NCBI GenBank assembly: GCA_964576615.1
Contig: CAZNUU010000004.1
Span: 4,663-68,662, forward strand
Source of the DNA: an uncultured Candidatus Saccharibacteria bacterium
Lineage (GTDB): Bacteria > Patescibacteriota > Minisyncoccia > Phycocordibacterales > DATDWN01
Reading direction: 5' to 3'
Length of the DNA: 64,000 nucleotides
Shown here: positions 1 through 9,817 of the stretch, one piece after another
Layout of the letters: each line of letters starts with the position of its first letter
How positions within the stretch are numbered: position 1 is the first letter of the stretch
Notes under the pieces: generated by a model
Database searches by the model: none
The model's input: only the letters and a program-made list of their open reading frames with translations
What the model was told of the DNA's origin: nothing
Position numbers and translations under genes: made by a program

Positions 1-400
1 CATTCGAAATATCCAATGCTCCTGATTTTGTTTCAAATGAGTAAGATAAATCTTTGTATCTTTCCCAGACTTTATTGAGACTTGCATGTGACACTAAGTA
101 GAGTTTCACTTCATAACCCTTACTTTTTATTTTTTCAATTGCTTCTTGTGTTTTAGGGTTATTGGGTGCGAGTACGCCAACACTTAAAACTCGGTTTACT
201 TCATTAAAAACAGCAAGTTGGGCTTCTCTTGTTTCAATCTCTGTTATTGCCCGTAGCGAGTCAATATCAATAGGTGTGACTGTAAGGTCAATGTAGGGGA
301 TACCATATCTATCAGATAAGGTTTGAGCTAGATTTTCCTCTTCTTGTTTTCGAAGGTCAGAGACACGTTTGTTCTGACTATCCTCGTCGAAAATAACCAT
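1..400 (-). CDS. N-terminal part of GspE/PilB-family pilus assembly ATPase (truncated by window edge)
   Basis: Manual minus-strand translation from ATG at 400: MVIFDEDSQNKRVSDLRKQEEENLAQTLSDRYGIPYIDL..., resembling the PilB/GspE N-terminal domain; open to the edge. Confidence 0.65.
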   Translation of the reverse strand, partial: MVIFDEDSQNKRVSDLRKQEEENLAQTLSDRYGIPYIDLTVTPIDIDSLRAITEIETREAQLAVFNEVNRVLSVGVLAPNNPKTQEAIEKIKSKGYEVKLYLVSHASLNKVWERYKDLSYSFETKSGALDISN

Positions 401-467
401 ATCTAAATAATAACACACCTAATCCTAAGTAGGGTAAAAAAGCCTTTAAAATAAGGGCTTTTTCCGC

Positions 468-496
468 TTGACATAATATATTTTTTGGTATATAAT
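468..496 (+). promoter_or_regulatory. Perfect sigma70 consensus promoter TTGACA-17-TATAAT, with SD AGGAGGT at 504-510
   Basis: Read directly; upstream of ATG 516. Confidence 0.85.
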
Positions 497-515
497 TGGG
501 AACAGGAGGTGCGCA

Positions 516-1202
516 ATGACGCACAGATTGACATTGGTGGCCTTGGTGGCCTTGATTGCGTTCTCCGGGGCGGCGTATGCTCAGGAGAAGACGCCGGACG
601 CCTTGGAGGAGTTCATACTCGCAAAGAGTGTAACTCCGCAGGGCGAGACGCCGGAGGACAAGAAGGTCCGGATGCGGGCCATCGAACTTGCGGTGAAAGA
701 ACGCCTCGAACTTCTTGCGAAGGAGGCGCGCAAGTCCGAATCGCGCCTCGACAAAAAGGCGCGCGAGCAAGTCGAGAAGGAAGACAAGAACACTGCCAAG
801 CATGAGCATGAAGAGCGCAAGGCAATCTCACACGCGAACGTGGTCGGCTGTCCAGCAGACAGTGTCTGGGTCAGCTCGAATGCCGAGAACTACGATGTTT
901 TCAATGTCGGGGTGGAGCTGACCGTGGTCAACACGACGCCGCTTTACAAAGACATTCGAACATCGTTTCATGGTTTCGGCACCGTTGTTCGTGGGCTGTG
1001 CCCCGGCGGCTCGATCACGCTCTCCTTCAGACGCCAGATGGCGAAGGATAGCAGCAGCGTGCAAATACCGCTTGCTGCCGTGAGTGAACCGAATCCGGCT
1101 CAGGGGGTGATCGTCGAGGAGAGAAATTTCTACCTCAACGTATCCGACGTTCAGTACAATCGGGTGCGGAGCGAGACCTGGGAGCTCTACCGTCGTCAGT
1201 AA
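516..1202 (+). CDS. Secreted hypothetical protein (GC-rich cassette)
   Basis: Signal peptide ending AYA-Q, charged coiled coil followed by beta-rich part; own promoter, SD and terminator. Confidence 0.8.
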   Translation: MTHRLTLVALVALIAFSGAAYAQEKTPDALEEFILAKSVTPQGETPEDKKVRMRAIELAVKERLELLAKEARKSESRLDKKAREQVEKEDKNTAKHEHEERKAISHANVVGCPADSVWVSSNAENYDVFNVGVELTVVNTTPLYKDIRTSFHGFGTVVRGLCPGGSITLSFRRQMAKDSSSVQIPLAAVSEPNPAQGVIVEERNFYLNVSDVQYNRVRSETWELYRRQ

Positions 1203-1214
1203 GTTCTTTGCACA

Positions 1215-1266
1215 CGCGGTGGCAATAGTGCCACCGCGAAGGTCGCCAGTAATGGCGGCTTTTTTC
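1215..1266 (+). terminator. Tandem hairpins ending in a U-tract
   Basis: cgcggtggca/tgccaccgcg, then ggtcgcca/tggcggct followed by ttttt. Confidence 0.7.
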
Positions 1267-1293
1267 GTACTCTAAATATGCTAGTATTTTTTC

Positions 1294-1728
1294 ATGATTT
1301 ATACTTCCAATTCTCTCGAGGAAACAAAAAAAATAGCAGAGGATTTTGTCTCTAATCTTTCTCCAAAAGGTTCTGCAACAGTTGTCGGTCTTTATGGGAA
1401 TTTGGGTGCTGGTAAAACTACACTAACGCAGTTTTTAGCCAAAGCAGTAGGAATCGTTGAGACAGTAACTAGTCCAACTTTTGTAATAGAGAAAATTTAT
1501 GAGCTTCAAGATCAGAAATTTAAATTCCTGATTCACATCGATGCTTATCGCTTGGAAAAACCAGAAGAGTTGGTAAATCTGGGATGGAATAAAATTATTT
1601 CGGAAAGAGAGAACTTGATACTTATTGAATGGCCAGAAAATGTGCAGAATATTATGCCGGAGCATATAAAAATAAAATTAGAAACCCTTGAGGGTGAGAA
1701 TAAACGCCAAATAGAAATAGTAGATTAA
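1294..1728 (+). CDS. tsaE: tRNA threonylcarbamoyladenosine biosynthesis ATPase TsaE
   Basis: GNLGAGKT, SPTF, HIDAYRL and IEW motifs. Confidence 0.95.
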   Translation: MIYTSNSLEETKKIAEDFVSNLSPKGSATVVGLYGNLGAGKTTLTQFLAKAVGIVETVTSPTFVIEKIYELQDQKFKFLIHIDAYRLEKPEELVNLGWNKIISERENLILIEWPENVQNIMPEHIKIKLETLEGENKRQIEIVD

Positions 1729-1731
1729 TGG

Positions 1732-1810
1732 AGTATCCCCTACACTAAGTTCAACATATTTTGCCAAACGAAGAAGTGATTTTTGTCTAAACTTAGTGTG
1801 GGGGTATACT
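1732..1810. repeat. Intergenic inverted repeat (CCC...GGG type)
   Basis: agtatcccctacactaagtt ... aacttagtgtgggggtatact. Confidence 0.75.
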
Positions 1811-1816
1811 TAGTTT

Positions 1817-4174
1817 GTGACCAAGTCTAAAGACAAAAAGACACTAGTCCTCCTCGATGTGCACGCCATAATTCATCGAGCTTATCATGCTCTGCCCGAG
1901 TTCCAATCCTCTCAGGGCGAGCCAACGGGAGCTCTCTATGGTCTTTGCACCATGCTCATCAAGTTGGTTAAGGATTTAAAACCGGACTATCTTATTGCTT
2001 GCTACGATTTACCGGGTGAGACTGTTAGGCACAAAGTTTATAAAGAATATAAAGGCACTAGAAAAGAGATTGATGATGCACTAATAACTCAGCTTGAAAA
2101 ATCAAAAGATGTTTTCAAGGCCCTAAATATTCCGATGTATTCTCATCCAGGTTTTGAGGCCGATGACATGCTCGGCACAATTACTCAGGCTGTTTCCAAA
2201 GATAAAAACATTGATGTAGTCATTGCTTCGGGAGATATGGATACGATGCAGCTCATATCTGGTGAGAAGGTAAGAGTTTATACTTTGCGCAAGGGAATAA
2301 AGGATACTGTCATTTATGACGAAAAAGGAATCATCGAGAGGTTTAAATTTCCACCCAAGTACTTTCCTGATTACAAAGGTTTACGTGGGGATCCATCGGA
2401 TAACATAATCGGCATAGCTGGCATTGGCGAAAAAACAGCCGAGGAACTCATCGTAAAGTTTGGTTCTATTGAAGATATTTATAAAAGACTAAGGAAAGGT
2501 GAGAAAGATTTTATTAAGGCAGGTATAAAACCAAGAATCATCGAGCTTTTAAAACAAGGTGAAGAAGAAGCCTTGTTTTCTAAGATGCTCGCAACTATTA
2601 GGCGAGATGCACCGATTAAATTTAAATTACCTGAAAAACCTTGGGAGGAAGATGTAGATATTCAAAAGGTTGAAAAGCTATTTGTGGAATTGGAGTTTAG
2701 AACACTGGCGACAAAAGTAGCCGAAGTTTTATCAATCGAAGTTGAAAAAAAGGAAGAAAAAGAAGAAAATCCGGATGAAGCTTATGATACTGCTCTCATG
2801 CTCTGGGTAGTTGATTCTAGTAAAACTACGCCAACTTTAGAGGATGCACTTTCTTATACCAGGACAAATACTCTATCTGATGCCAGAAAAGCCCTAGAGA
2901 AAATTATTAAAGACCAGGATCTCTCATTTGTTTTAGATAAGATCGAACGCCCTCTTATTCCGATAATAAAAGAGATGAAAGAAGTAGGCATAAAAATTGA
3001 TGCTGATTTTCTGGACGATTTATCCAAAAAATATCATAGAGAACTAAATAGTCTTGAAAAAAAAATCTGGAAAATAACAGGTGAAGAATTTAATATCGCT
3101 TCCCCAAAACAGTTGGGCGAGATGCTCTTTGTCAAAATGGGTATTAAAACAAAGGGTCAAAAAAAGACAGCCACTGGTGGATTTTCAACCAAGGAATCAG
3201 AATTGGAAAAACTAAAAGACGAGTATCCTATCGCCTCACTTGTACTAGATTATCGGGAATTGGCAAAGCTTTTGGGTACTTATATCGATACTATCCCAAA
3301 ACTTTTAGATAAAAATGAGAGGCTTCACCCAGAATTTTTGCAAGCCGGATCTGCTACAGGCAGAATGGCTAGCCAAAATCCGGGAGTTCAAAATATTCCG
3401 ATTAAAACAGAATTAGGCAGGGAAATTCGCAAGGCTTTTATTGCGGAGAAGGGTTACAAGATTGTTTCATTTGATTACTCCCAAATTGAACTTCGGATCG
3501 CCGCATTTCTGTCCGGTGATAAGAAATTAATTGAGATTTTCAAGAAAGGCGAAGATGTTCATACGGCTGTGGCGTGCGAAGTTTTTGGGGTTAATCCGGA
3601 TGAGGTAACCAAGGCCATGAGATCTCAAGCTAAAGTTATAAACTTTGGTGTCATGTATGGTATGGGGGTAACGGCACTGCAGAAAAATATTGGTACAAAT
3701 AGAGAAGAAGCGCAGAAGTTTTTAAATGAGTATTTCAAAAAATTCTCTGGTTTAGCGGAATATTTAGAGAAAATTAAAAGGCAGACAAGTCAAAAAGGTT
3801 ATACCGAAACGTTTTATGGCAGAAGAAGATATTTTCCAGAAATTCACTCCAGACTCCCATTTATGAAAGCCGCTGCAGAGAGAATGGCAGTTAACGCGCC
3901 TATTCAAGGTACAGAGGCAGACATAATCAAACTGGCCATGATTGAGATCGATAAGGTCCTAGCTTTCAAAAAAATAAAAAAAGATGTGAGACTTTTGCTT
4001 CAAGTTCACGATGAACTTGTCTACGAGATTAAGGTTGATCTGGTCGAAAAAATTGCACCGGAAATAAGGAATATAATGGAAAATGTCCTGCCGCCTGGTA
4101 AGGCTTCTGGAGTAGTCATGGCGGCTGAAGCCAATGCGGGGGATAATTGGGGTGAGTTGAAGAAGTTGCTATAA
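1817..4174 (+). CDS. polA: DNA polymerase I (short; 3'-5' exonuclease domain reduced)
   Basis: 5'-3' exonuclease motifs (EADD, GDPSDNI); polymerase motifs DYSQIELR, KVINFGVMYG, QVHDEL. Confidence 0.95.
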   Translation: MTKSKDKKTLVLLDVHAIIHRAYHALPEFQSSQGEPTGALYGLCTMLIKLVKDLKPDYLIACYDLPGETVRHKVYKEYKGTRKEIDDALITQLEKSKDVFKALNIPMYSHPGFEADDMLGTITQAVSKDKNIDVVIASGDMDTMQLISGEKVRVYTLRKGIKDTVIYDEKGIIERFKFPPKYFPDYKGLRGDPSDNIIGIAGIGEKTAEELIVKFGSIEDIYKRLRKGEKDFIKAGIKPRIIELLKQGEEEALFSKMLATIRRDAPIKFKLPEKPWEEDVDIQKVEKLFVELEFRTLATKVAEVLSIEVEKKEEKEENPDEAYDTALMLWVVDSSKTTPTLEDALSYTRTNTLSDARKALEKIIKDQDLSFVLDKIERPLIPIIKEMKEVGIKIDADFLDDLSKKYHRELNSLEKKIWKITGEEFNIASPKQLGEMLFVKMGIKTKGQKKTATGGFSTKESELEKLKDEYPIASLVLDYRELAKLLGTYIDTIPKLLDKNERLHPEFLQAGSATGRMASQNPGVQNIPIKTELGREIRKAFIAEKGYKIVSFDYSQIELRIAAFLSGDKKLIEIFKKGEDVHTAVACEVFGVNPDEVTKAMRSQAKVINFGVMYGMGVTALQKNIGTNREEAQKFLNEYFKKFSGLAEYLEKIKRQTSQKGYTETFYGRRRYFPEIHSRLPFMKAAAERMAVNAPIQGTEADIIKLAMIEIDKVLAFKKIKKDVRLLLQVHDELVYEIKVDLVEKIAPEIRNIMENVLPPGKASGVVMAAEANAGDNWGELKKLL

Positions 4175-4289
4175 TTCAGAGAGCAAAAACAAATTTTCTG
4201 GAGCACGGATATTTTCTTACTGGAAAATTCCTCGTGCTCGCGCCGTCGCGCTCCCAAGTCTCCAGAAAACTTATTTTTGCTCTCTGAAT
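4174..4289 (+). repeat. Palindromic element family A, copy 1
   Basis: 30-bp arms (28/30 match) around core cacggatattttcttactggaaaattcctcgtgctcgcgccgtcgcgctcccaag. Confidence 0.9.
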
Positions 4290-5012
4290 ATGCTTTATTT
4301 AATTTTCGGTACAGATACAGAAAAGTCTCGCAGAAAGCTCCATGAGCTTTTAGATTCGGCGCAGAAAAAAAGACCAGGCTCGGAGCTATTTAGGATGAAT
4401 ACAGAAAGTTGGGTCGAGGGCAGGTTTGATGAGCTAGTTGTCTCCCAGGGTTTGTTTGAACAGAAATACACTGTTGTTTTGGACAATTTATTTGAAAGAA
4501 AAGAAGTAAAGGATTATGTGTTGGATAGGATTAAGGAAGTGGCAGAATCAAAACAAGTATTCCTCATGCTGGAAAGCAAAATTGATGCGGCTACTCTAAC
4601 TAAAATAAAAAAGGTTGCAAAACAGGTCCAGGAATTTGAAAAAAAAGATGAAGATAAGTTTAGAAAACCAACTGGAAGTATATTTTCGATTGCAGATGGT
4701 TTAGTAAGTAAAGACAAGAAAAAACTTTGGACAAAATTTATTGATTTTATTTACAAAGGTACAGCTCCAGAGGAGATCCATGGAATTTTTTTCTGGCAAG
4801 TAAAAAATATGATTATCTCTCTTAAATCCAGTACTTTAGCAGAAACTGGTCTTTCTCCCTTTGTTTATAAAAATGCCTTAAACGGTTCAAAAAATTATAA
4901 AATAGAAGAACTCCAAAACATGTCTTCCGATTTGGTACAAATGACCCACAGAGTTCGTCAGGGTGAAGGGGATTTGGAAATTATGCTAGAGAAGTGGATA
5001 CTTTCACTTTAG
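4290..5012 (+). CDS. holA: DNA polymerase III delta subunit-like protein
   Basis: MLYLIFGTD start, GLF motif, C-terminal LEKWIL; typical short HolA layout. Confidence 0.7.
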   Translation: MLYLIFGTDTEKSRRKLHELLDSAQKKRPGSELFRMNTESWVEGRFDELVVSQGLFEQKYTVVLDNLFERKEVKDYVLDRIKEVAESKQVFLMLESKIDAATLTKIKKVAKQVQEFEKKDEDKFRKPTGSIFSIADGLVSKDKKKLWTKFIDFIYKGTAPEEIHGIFFWQVKNMIISLKSSTLAETGLSPFVYKNALNGSKNYKIEELQNMSSDLVQMTHRVRQGEGDLEIMLEKWILSL

Positions 5013-5042
5013 TATGTTAACTTTTTTGAAGAGGTGGTATTT

Positions 5043-5234
5043 ATGCGCCGAGATCGGCAATTTGCGGTTACTCTGTCGTCAGAGGAGGAGAAGAGGGCCA
5101 TAAGGCTTCTAAAGGAAAGCGAGTTTTCCATAAAAGCCATCGCTGTGCGACTGGGGAAGAATGAGGCTCTGATCCGTGACTTAAACCACCGAGAGCAGAT
5201 CAGATCACAAGGGTGGCATGGTCCTTCATGTTAG
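5043..5234 (+). CDS. Small HTH-like protein
   Basis: SIKAIAVRLGKNEALIR helix-turn-helix pattern; SD GAGGTG; downstream hairpin atgcggtca/tggccgcat. Confidence 0.55.
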   Translation: MRRDRQFAVTLSSEEEKRAIRLLKESEFSIKAIAVRLGKNEALIRDLNHREQIRSQGWHGPSC

Positions 5235-5330
5235 CTCTTATGCAATGCGGTCACTGAAAATGGCCGCATTCTCTTTTTGTTGATTTTTAGCCTTTTTTCT
5301 TGTATATTTTTCGAGTAGCTAAAGTAATCA

Positions 5331-5422
5331 TGGTCAGGGATATTCTGTTCGCCGACGCGAACAGAATTCCACGACCCTGCCTCACTTGTTTTTTCTACTG
5401 AAAAAACATAGTTCCGGCTCGC
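5331..5422 (-). repeat. tRNA-associated hairpin element, inverted copy upstream of tRNA-Lys
   Basis: Reverse complement reads gcgagccgg...gtgaggcagggtcgtggaa-stem-tatccctgacca; shares blocks with 5541-5672 and 19709-19816. Confidence 0.65.
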
Positions 5423-5467
5423 ATAAGTCTTTGAGAAATCAAAGCAGTTTGATTACTCAAAGCTTAT

Positions 5468-5540
5468 GCGCCCATAACTCAGCTGGTAGAGTAGCTCCCT
5501 TTTAAGGAGAAAGTCGCAGGTCCGATTCCTGCTGGGCGCA
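5468..5540 (+). tRNA. tRNA-Lys(UUU)
   Basis: Acceptor stem gcgccca/tgggcgc; anticodon loop cttttaa; T-loop reads tccgatt. Confidence 0.9.
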
Positions 5541-5672
5541 CACGACGAATAAAATTCCCTGAACGGGAATTTTTTCGTACGTGTGCGAGACGGAGCGCGT
5601 CGTCTGCTCAGGCAGACCCACAAGCGAGTCCGGGTCGGGAAAGTTTTTAGTAAAAAACTATTCCTGACCACA
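5541..5672 (+). repeat. tRNA-trailer hairpin element
   Basis: acgaa..aattccc/gggaatt..ttcgtac followed by ggtcgggaa-stem-tattcctgacc; homologous to 19709-19816. Confidence 0.8.
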
Positions 5673-5709
5673 TGACTTTTTGATTCTATTTGATATAGTT
5701 TTGCTACAA

Positions 5710-6378
5710 ATGAATCTAGAAGAATTTAAAAAGCAGTATGTTATTGGCGAGCTTGGTATAAGCAAGTCTTATGGAAAGATAATGACTGTTATAGATTTTG
5801 GGAATGTTAATTATTGGTTTAATGAGGATAGGCAAGATTCCGAGAATAAGCTTCTGAAAGACGATGAAAAATTTAGGATAAAATTACCAGCCCTTTATGA
5901 CTTTATATCTCTGTTTTCTGACCATGTGCGTTTTTATTATGGTCATGATCCTTCTAGACATGAATCTATTGGCTTTCTTTCAGCAACAAGATCTATATTT
6001 GGTAAAAAAGTATTTACAAAACCAATCCAAAAAGTCAGACATCATCTTTCGCCTGAAGAAATATTTTCAAATAAAAGGGACACATTTTCTGATGGTGAGG
6101 GTGTTTATGTGCATGTTCCAAAATGTAATTTTGATGTAGAAATATCAGTGGACTCGATGCGTCTTTTAGATCAATATGACACATTAGCCTTATTCTCTAG
6201 TGATGCTGATTTTATTAGTTTAATTCGCTTTTTAAAAGGAAAAGGTAAGAAAATTATTTTATTTAAGGGAGGGTTTATTTCTTCTGATTTAAGAAAAGGA
6301 GTTGATAAGATAATAAATGCTCAAAATATTAAGAGACACATTGCTGAGGTCGTAAAAAAGCAAAAACCTGGCATTTAG
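5710..6378 (+). CDS. NYN (LabA/DUF88) domain PIN-like nuclease
   Basis: IDFGNV, KCNFDVEI and FSSDADF acidic motifs. Confidence 0.85.
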   Translation: MNLEEFKKQYVIGELGISKSYGKIMTVIDFGNVNYWFNEDRQDSENKLLKDDEKFRIKLPALYDFISLFSDHVRFYYGHDPSRHESIGFLSATRSIFGKKVFTKPIQKVRHHLSPEEIFSNKRDTFSDGEGVYVHVPKCNFDVEISVDSMRLLDQYDTLALFSSDADFISLIRFLKGKGKKIILFKGGFISSDLRKGVDKIINAQNIKRHIAEVVKKQKPGI

Positions 6379-6509
6379 CCAGGTTTTGCGAACCGATAAC
6401 CCGTATCCACGGGCAGGTATGTAAAGTCTATATCAGTTAAATGAAAATTTCAAGAAGTTGGGGATAATGAATATATTATAGACACAAAAACCCTAATTAT
6501 AAGCTATAT

Positions 6510-6564
6510 AACTTGTGGGGAAATTAAAATGGCTGTTACAGCCATTTTAATTTCCCCACAAGTT
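6510..6564. repeat. Perfect 55-bp palindrome (27-bp arms, 1-nt spacer)
   Basis: aacttgtggggaaattaaaatggctgt-t-acagccattttaatttccccacaagtt. Confidence 0.95.
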
Positions 6565-6708
6565 GGTGTACAGCTCACAAGTACAAACATTTGTGTCGCA
6601 ATTAGAGATTTTGATATAGAAATTAATGATTTTTTAGAGGGCATCAAAGTTCTTATTAAGTATATCAAAAAACAGAGAAAAAATAAATTTATTGGTATAA
6701 TTAATTTG

Positions 6709-7050
6709 ATGCCGAATAATAGACCTACTCCTCAAGTACTAGAATTAGTTGACGCTCTTAGAAAAAGAGGAGTGGAACTAGAAGTCGAACATTGGGATGG
6801 ACACAAACACATTGACGTCTACATTCCCAAAGATAATTTATATATCGAAGTCGATGGAATGCATCATACAACTAAACCTGAAACTATTATTTCCGATTTA
6901 AATCGTGACTATTTCTCATTTAAGGATGGATTTTTTACCAAACATATAACAAATGAAGCTATCGATACTCATTTAGATGAGATAGCTGATGCAATAGCCC
7001 ATGTCGCCAAAAACGCACCTAATAAAATTGGTGAAAACCTACATTCCTGA
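6709..7050 (+). CDS. DUF559/Vsr-like PD-(D/E)xK endonuclease
   Basis: HIDVYIP...YIEVDGMHH...D..RD motif; start moved to internal ATG 6709. Confidence 0.75.
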   Translation: MPNNRPTPQVLELVDALRKRGVELEVEHWDGHKHIDVYIPKDNLYIEVDGMHHTTKPETIISDLNRDYFSFKDGFFTKHITNEAIDTHLDEIADAIAHVAKNAPNKIGENLHS

Positions 7051-7053
7051 TAT

Positions 7054-7407
7054 CTACAATGGATAATCAAAAGCGAAAGCGCCTGGACCGGTAAGGAGAA
7101 GAGAGATTAAAATAAGTTCCATGAGGACCATAAGAGCAATTTTTTCCCGAGGAACGGGACCAGCTTTTCTTTCTGTCCAATAATCAAATTTGATTAACAG
7201 GATTGCAACCACTGCTGCGATCTGGGTATAAAGACCCACGATAATCATTATGCTGGAGACGATATAAAAGATCCCTGTCCAACCATAGTCTTTCCTACTT
7301 CTGTCCACACCTGCAAGAAGACGCAACCCCCCGATTCCTATTCGCAAAATCGTTGGAGCAAAAAAGCCATAATTTAGAAGTAGGGGAAAAACAGTAAGTA
7401 TATGCAT
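7054..7407 (-). CDS. DoxX-family membrane protein
   Basis: LR motif, GLYTQIAA, C-terminal GPGAFAFD. Confidence 0.75.
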   Translation of the reverse strand: MHILTVFPLLLNYGFFAPTILRIGIGGLRLLAGVDRSRKDYGWTGIFYIVSSIMIIVGLYTQIAAVVAILLIKFDYWTERKAGPVPREKIALMVLMELILISLLLTGPGAFAFDYPL

Positions 7408-7435
7408 AAAAATATTATATGTTATATTGCTTTCC

Positions 7436-7915
7436 ATGACAAAGCCGAAAGAAGTTGTGGTTTTACTTCACAATATTCGTAGTACTCATAACGTTGGCTC
7501 TATTTTTCGAACATCTGACGCTCTAGGGGTATCAAAAATTTATATCTCAGGTTACACCCCAACCCCAATTGATAGATTTAATAGACCGAGAAAAGGTATT
7601 GCTAAGGTCTCTCTGGGTGCTGAAAAAAGTATTGCTTGGGAATACCTGAAAGACCCGAAGTCTATTTTAAAGAAGCTAAAGCAAGGAGGTTTTGAAATTG
7701 TGGCCTTGGAACAAGCTAAAGGTTCCAAAAACTATAAAAATATAAAAGTTAAAAATAAGACGGTTTTTGTTGTCGGAAACGAAGTCGAGGGTATCTCTCG
7801 AAACTTACTTAAACTGTCCGACATCATTGTCGAGATTCCAATGAAGGGTGAGAAGGAATCTCTAAATGTCTCTGTCGCCTTTGCAGTGGCACTTTTTCGG
7901 ATACTAGATCAATAA
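7436..7915 (+). CDS. TrmH/SpoU-family RNA methyltransferase
   Basis: HNVGSIFRT, GNEVEGI, IPMKGEKESLNVS motifs. Confidence 0.9.
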   Translation: MTKPKEVVVLLHNIRSTHNVGSIFRTSDALGVSKIYISGYTPTPIDRFNRPRKGIAKVSLGAEKSIAWEYLKDPKSILKKLKQGGFEIVALEQAKGSKNYKNIKVKNKTVFVVGNEVEGISRNLLKLSDIIVEIPMKGEKESLNVSVAFAVALFRILDQ

Positions 7916-8793
7916 CTTATTGAATCCACTATTTTTCCTAGATTGTCATATAATGTAAGCGTCTCGCGGCGGTCCCTCCAAACGCTTCCCGTGTGTTTTA
8001 AATAAACTCTCCATTCATTGCCATAAAAATCGCGGTCGTTTTTGTGTCTATCGACGCAAGATGGATAATTAATTTTTGTATAGATAAAGTTGTTACATTC
8101 ATAGCTAAAACTTGGCGGCAAATTGTCAGTTTGGATTCGGCAAGATGGCATGGAATCAATATAGTCAAAACACGTATCATTTACCGGTGTATTTGGGATA
8201 GAGGAGAGGTCTTCATTTCTAGGAGCAGGACAAGAAGAAGTAATATATGGAATAAAAGTTTGAAATTGAGAAAGATAACCAGAGCATTTGTTTGATTTGA
8301 AGCCTACTCCTACTGGAGAAATTCCAGAGACAACATAGAGATAATCTCCTGAGTTCAGATAGATATTTTGTTCGGAGTTAATTGTAGATGTATAAAAGAG
8401 ATAAGCGCCTTTTGGAATTTGAACTGTTGTGTTGGTGGGGGATTCTTTAAGTGTCCAACCGGTTACGGGAATTGATTCGCTATCATAACTACTGTCTCTT
8501 ATAGCCACATATTCCTGAGATGGATCGTTTGCGTGGCTCACATATAGGAGGGAAACCTTACCTTTATAAACTGAATTTAGCTTTTTATCCTCCTCAACTT
8601 GGATTTTTTTCTGCAAATCTTCAACCTGGCTTTGAGCGTCGTTTACTCCCTCCTGGATGGTAACGTATTTTTGTTCAGGGGTTCTGGCTTCACCTGAGAC
8701 AAGACCATTGTGGTGGGCCCCAGTAGCTCCGCCAAAAAGTAGGGCAGCTATTACTATGCCTAAAATCAAAAGTCCTAATAGGCCATCGTTCAT
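7909..8793 (-). CDS. Membrane-anchored extracellular protein (lamin-tail-like, Cys-rich)
   Basis: N-terminal TM helix; EYVAI, TGWTL and ETLTLYD motifs; paired cysteines. Confidence 0.6.
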   Translation of the reverse strand: MNDGLLGLLILGIVIAALLFGGATGAHHNGLVSGEARTPEQKYVTIQEGVNDAQSQVEDLQKKIQVEEDKKLNSVYKGKVSLLYVSHANDPSQEYVAIRDSSYDSESIPVTGWTLKESPTNTTVQIPKGAYLFYTSTINSEQNIYLNSGDYLYVVSGISPVGVGFKSNKCSGYLSQFQTFIPYITSSCPAPRNEDLSSIPNTPVNDTCFDYIDSMPSCRIQTDNLPPSFSYECNNFIYTKINYPSCVDRHKNDRDFYGNEWRVYLKHTGSVWRDRRETLTLYDNLGKIVDSISY

Positions 8794-8815
8794 GAGTTAA
8801 TTTTATAACAGAATT

Positions 8816-8917
8816 TAACAAATTACATTATTTTGGAGACTTGCGAGCACGACGGCGCGAGCACGAGGAATTTTCTAGCAAGAAAATATCCGTGCTCCAA
8901 AATAATGTAATTTGTTA
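8816..8917 (-). repeat. Palindromic element family A, copy 2
   Basis: Perfect 23-bp arms taacaaattacattattttggag/ctccaaaataatgtaatttgtta around the reverse-complemented core. Confidence 0.9.
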
Positions 8918-8920
8918 TTG

Positions 8921-9817
8921 CTACTTTTGGCAATTCGGACAATAAACTGTTGTGCGCCCAGCAATTTTCGTCTCACTTAAAACATGTCCACACCTAAGGC
9001 ATTTTTCACCGCCCCGGCCATAAACTTTGTGCTCTCTCGCATAGTTACCCAAGCTTTCATCTAATAGACGGTAAGTTGCAACTGATGAGCCGCCGACTAA
9101 AATTGCCCTTTTTATTATTCTTAAAATTGCGGTATGGAGTCTTGCTGTCTCTTCACTTTTTAAGCTTCGGGCAACTCGATCTGGTCTGATTTTTGCCTCA
9201 AACAGGCTTTCATCCGTGTAGATATTGCCTAAACCTACCACCACACTCTGTCCCATGAGTACAGATTTTATTTTATCAGTGCTGCCTCCGAGAGATTTTT
9301 CGAAATAGCTTAACGTAAATTTCTTGTCTAATGGCTCTATACCAAGTGAGTCAAAATGATTTGTTTTCTCTAGATCTAGAAAAGATGGGTAGTAAAGCAA
9401 GTAGCCGAACATGCGCGTATCATTATAATAAAGTGTGCCTTTCTCAAGGTTGAAAATAACATGAGAGTGCTTGTTAGGCAGGATGCTTTCTGAAATTTCT
9501 ATAGGGTGTCCACCAACTACTTTTGTTTTGTCTTTTCCTTTATACACAAATTGGCCAGACATTTTAAGGTGAACAAGAAGTACTTTTCCGCTTCTGAATT
9601 TAATAATTAAATTTTTTGCTCTTCTTTCTATGGAATCGAACTCTTCTCCCTTAAGTTCCTTTTCAAACTCTATAACTTTTTTAGAGGATGAAGTACGGAT
9701 GTTGCCTTTACCAGAAACTAGTTTGGGTTTTCGAACATTAACGGACAGAATTTTTTGCCCAACAATATTTTTTTCAAGACCTCGCTTTAGATTTTCTACT
9801 TCAGGCAGCTCTGGCAT
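8921..9817 (-). CDS. mutM: Formamidopyrimidine-DNA glycosylase
   Basis: MPELPEVE, HLKMSG, GLGNIY and C-terminal C4 zinc finger. Confidence 0.95.
   Translation of the reverse strand: MPELPEVENLKRGLEKNIVGQKILSVNVRKPKLVSGKGNIRTSSSKKVIEFEKELKGEEFDSIERRAKNLIIKFRSGKVLLVHLKMSGQFVYKGKDKTKVVGGHPIEISESILPNKHSHVIFNLEKGTLYYNDTRMFGYLLYYPSFLDLEKTNHFDSLGIEPLDKKFTLSYFEKSLGGSTDKIKSVLMGQSVVVGLGNIYTDESLFEAKIRPDRVARSLKSEETARLHTAILRIIKRAILVGGSSVATYRLLDESLGNYAREHKVYGRGGEKCLRCGHVLSETKIAGRTTVYCPNCQK

Noticed and set aside
5453-5671. Short ORFs overlapping tRNAs (also 15857-16159 and 20464-20694)
   Set aside because: They span tRNA genes or repeats and show no protein features
6529-6708. N-terminal extension of the DUF559-like ORF
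   Set aside because: The ATG at 6529 lies inside the palindrome; the internal ATG at 6709, preceded by TATAAT, gives a normal domain size
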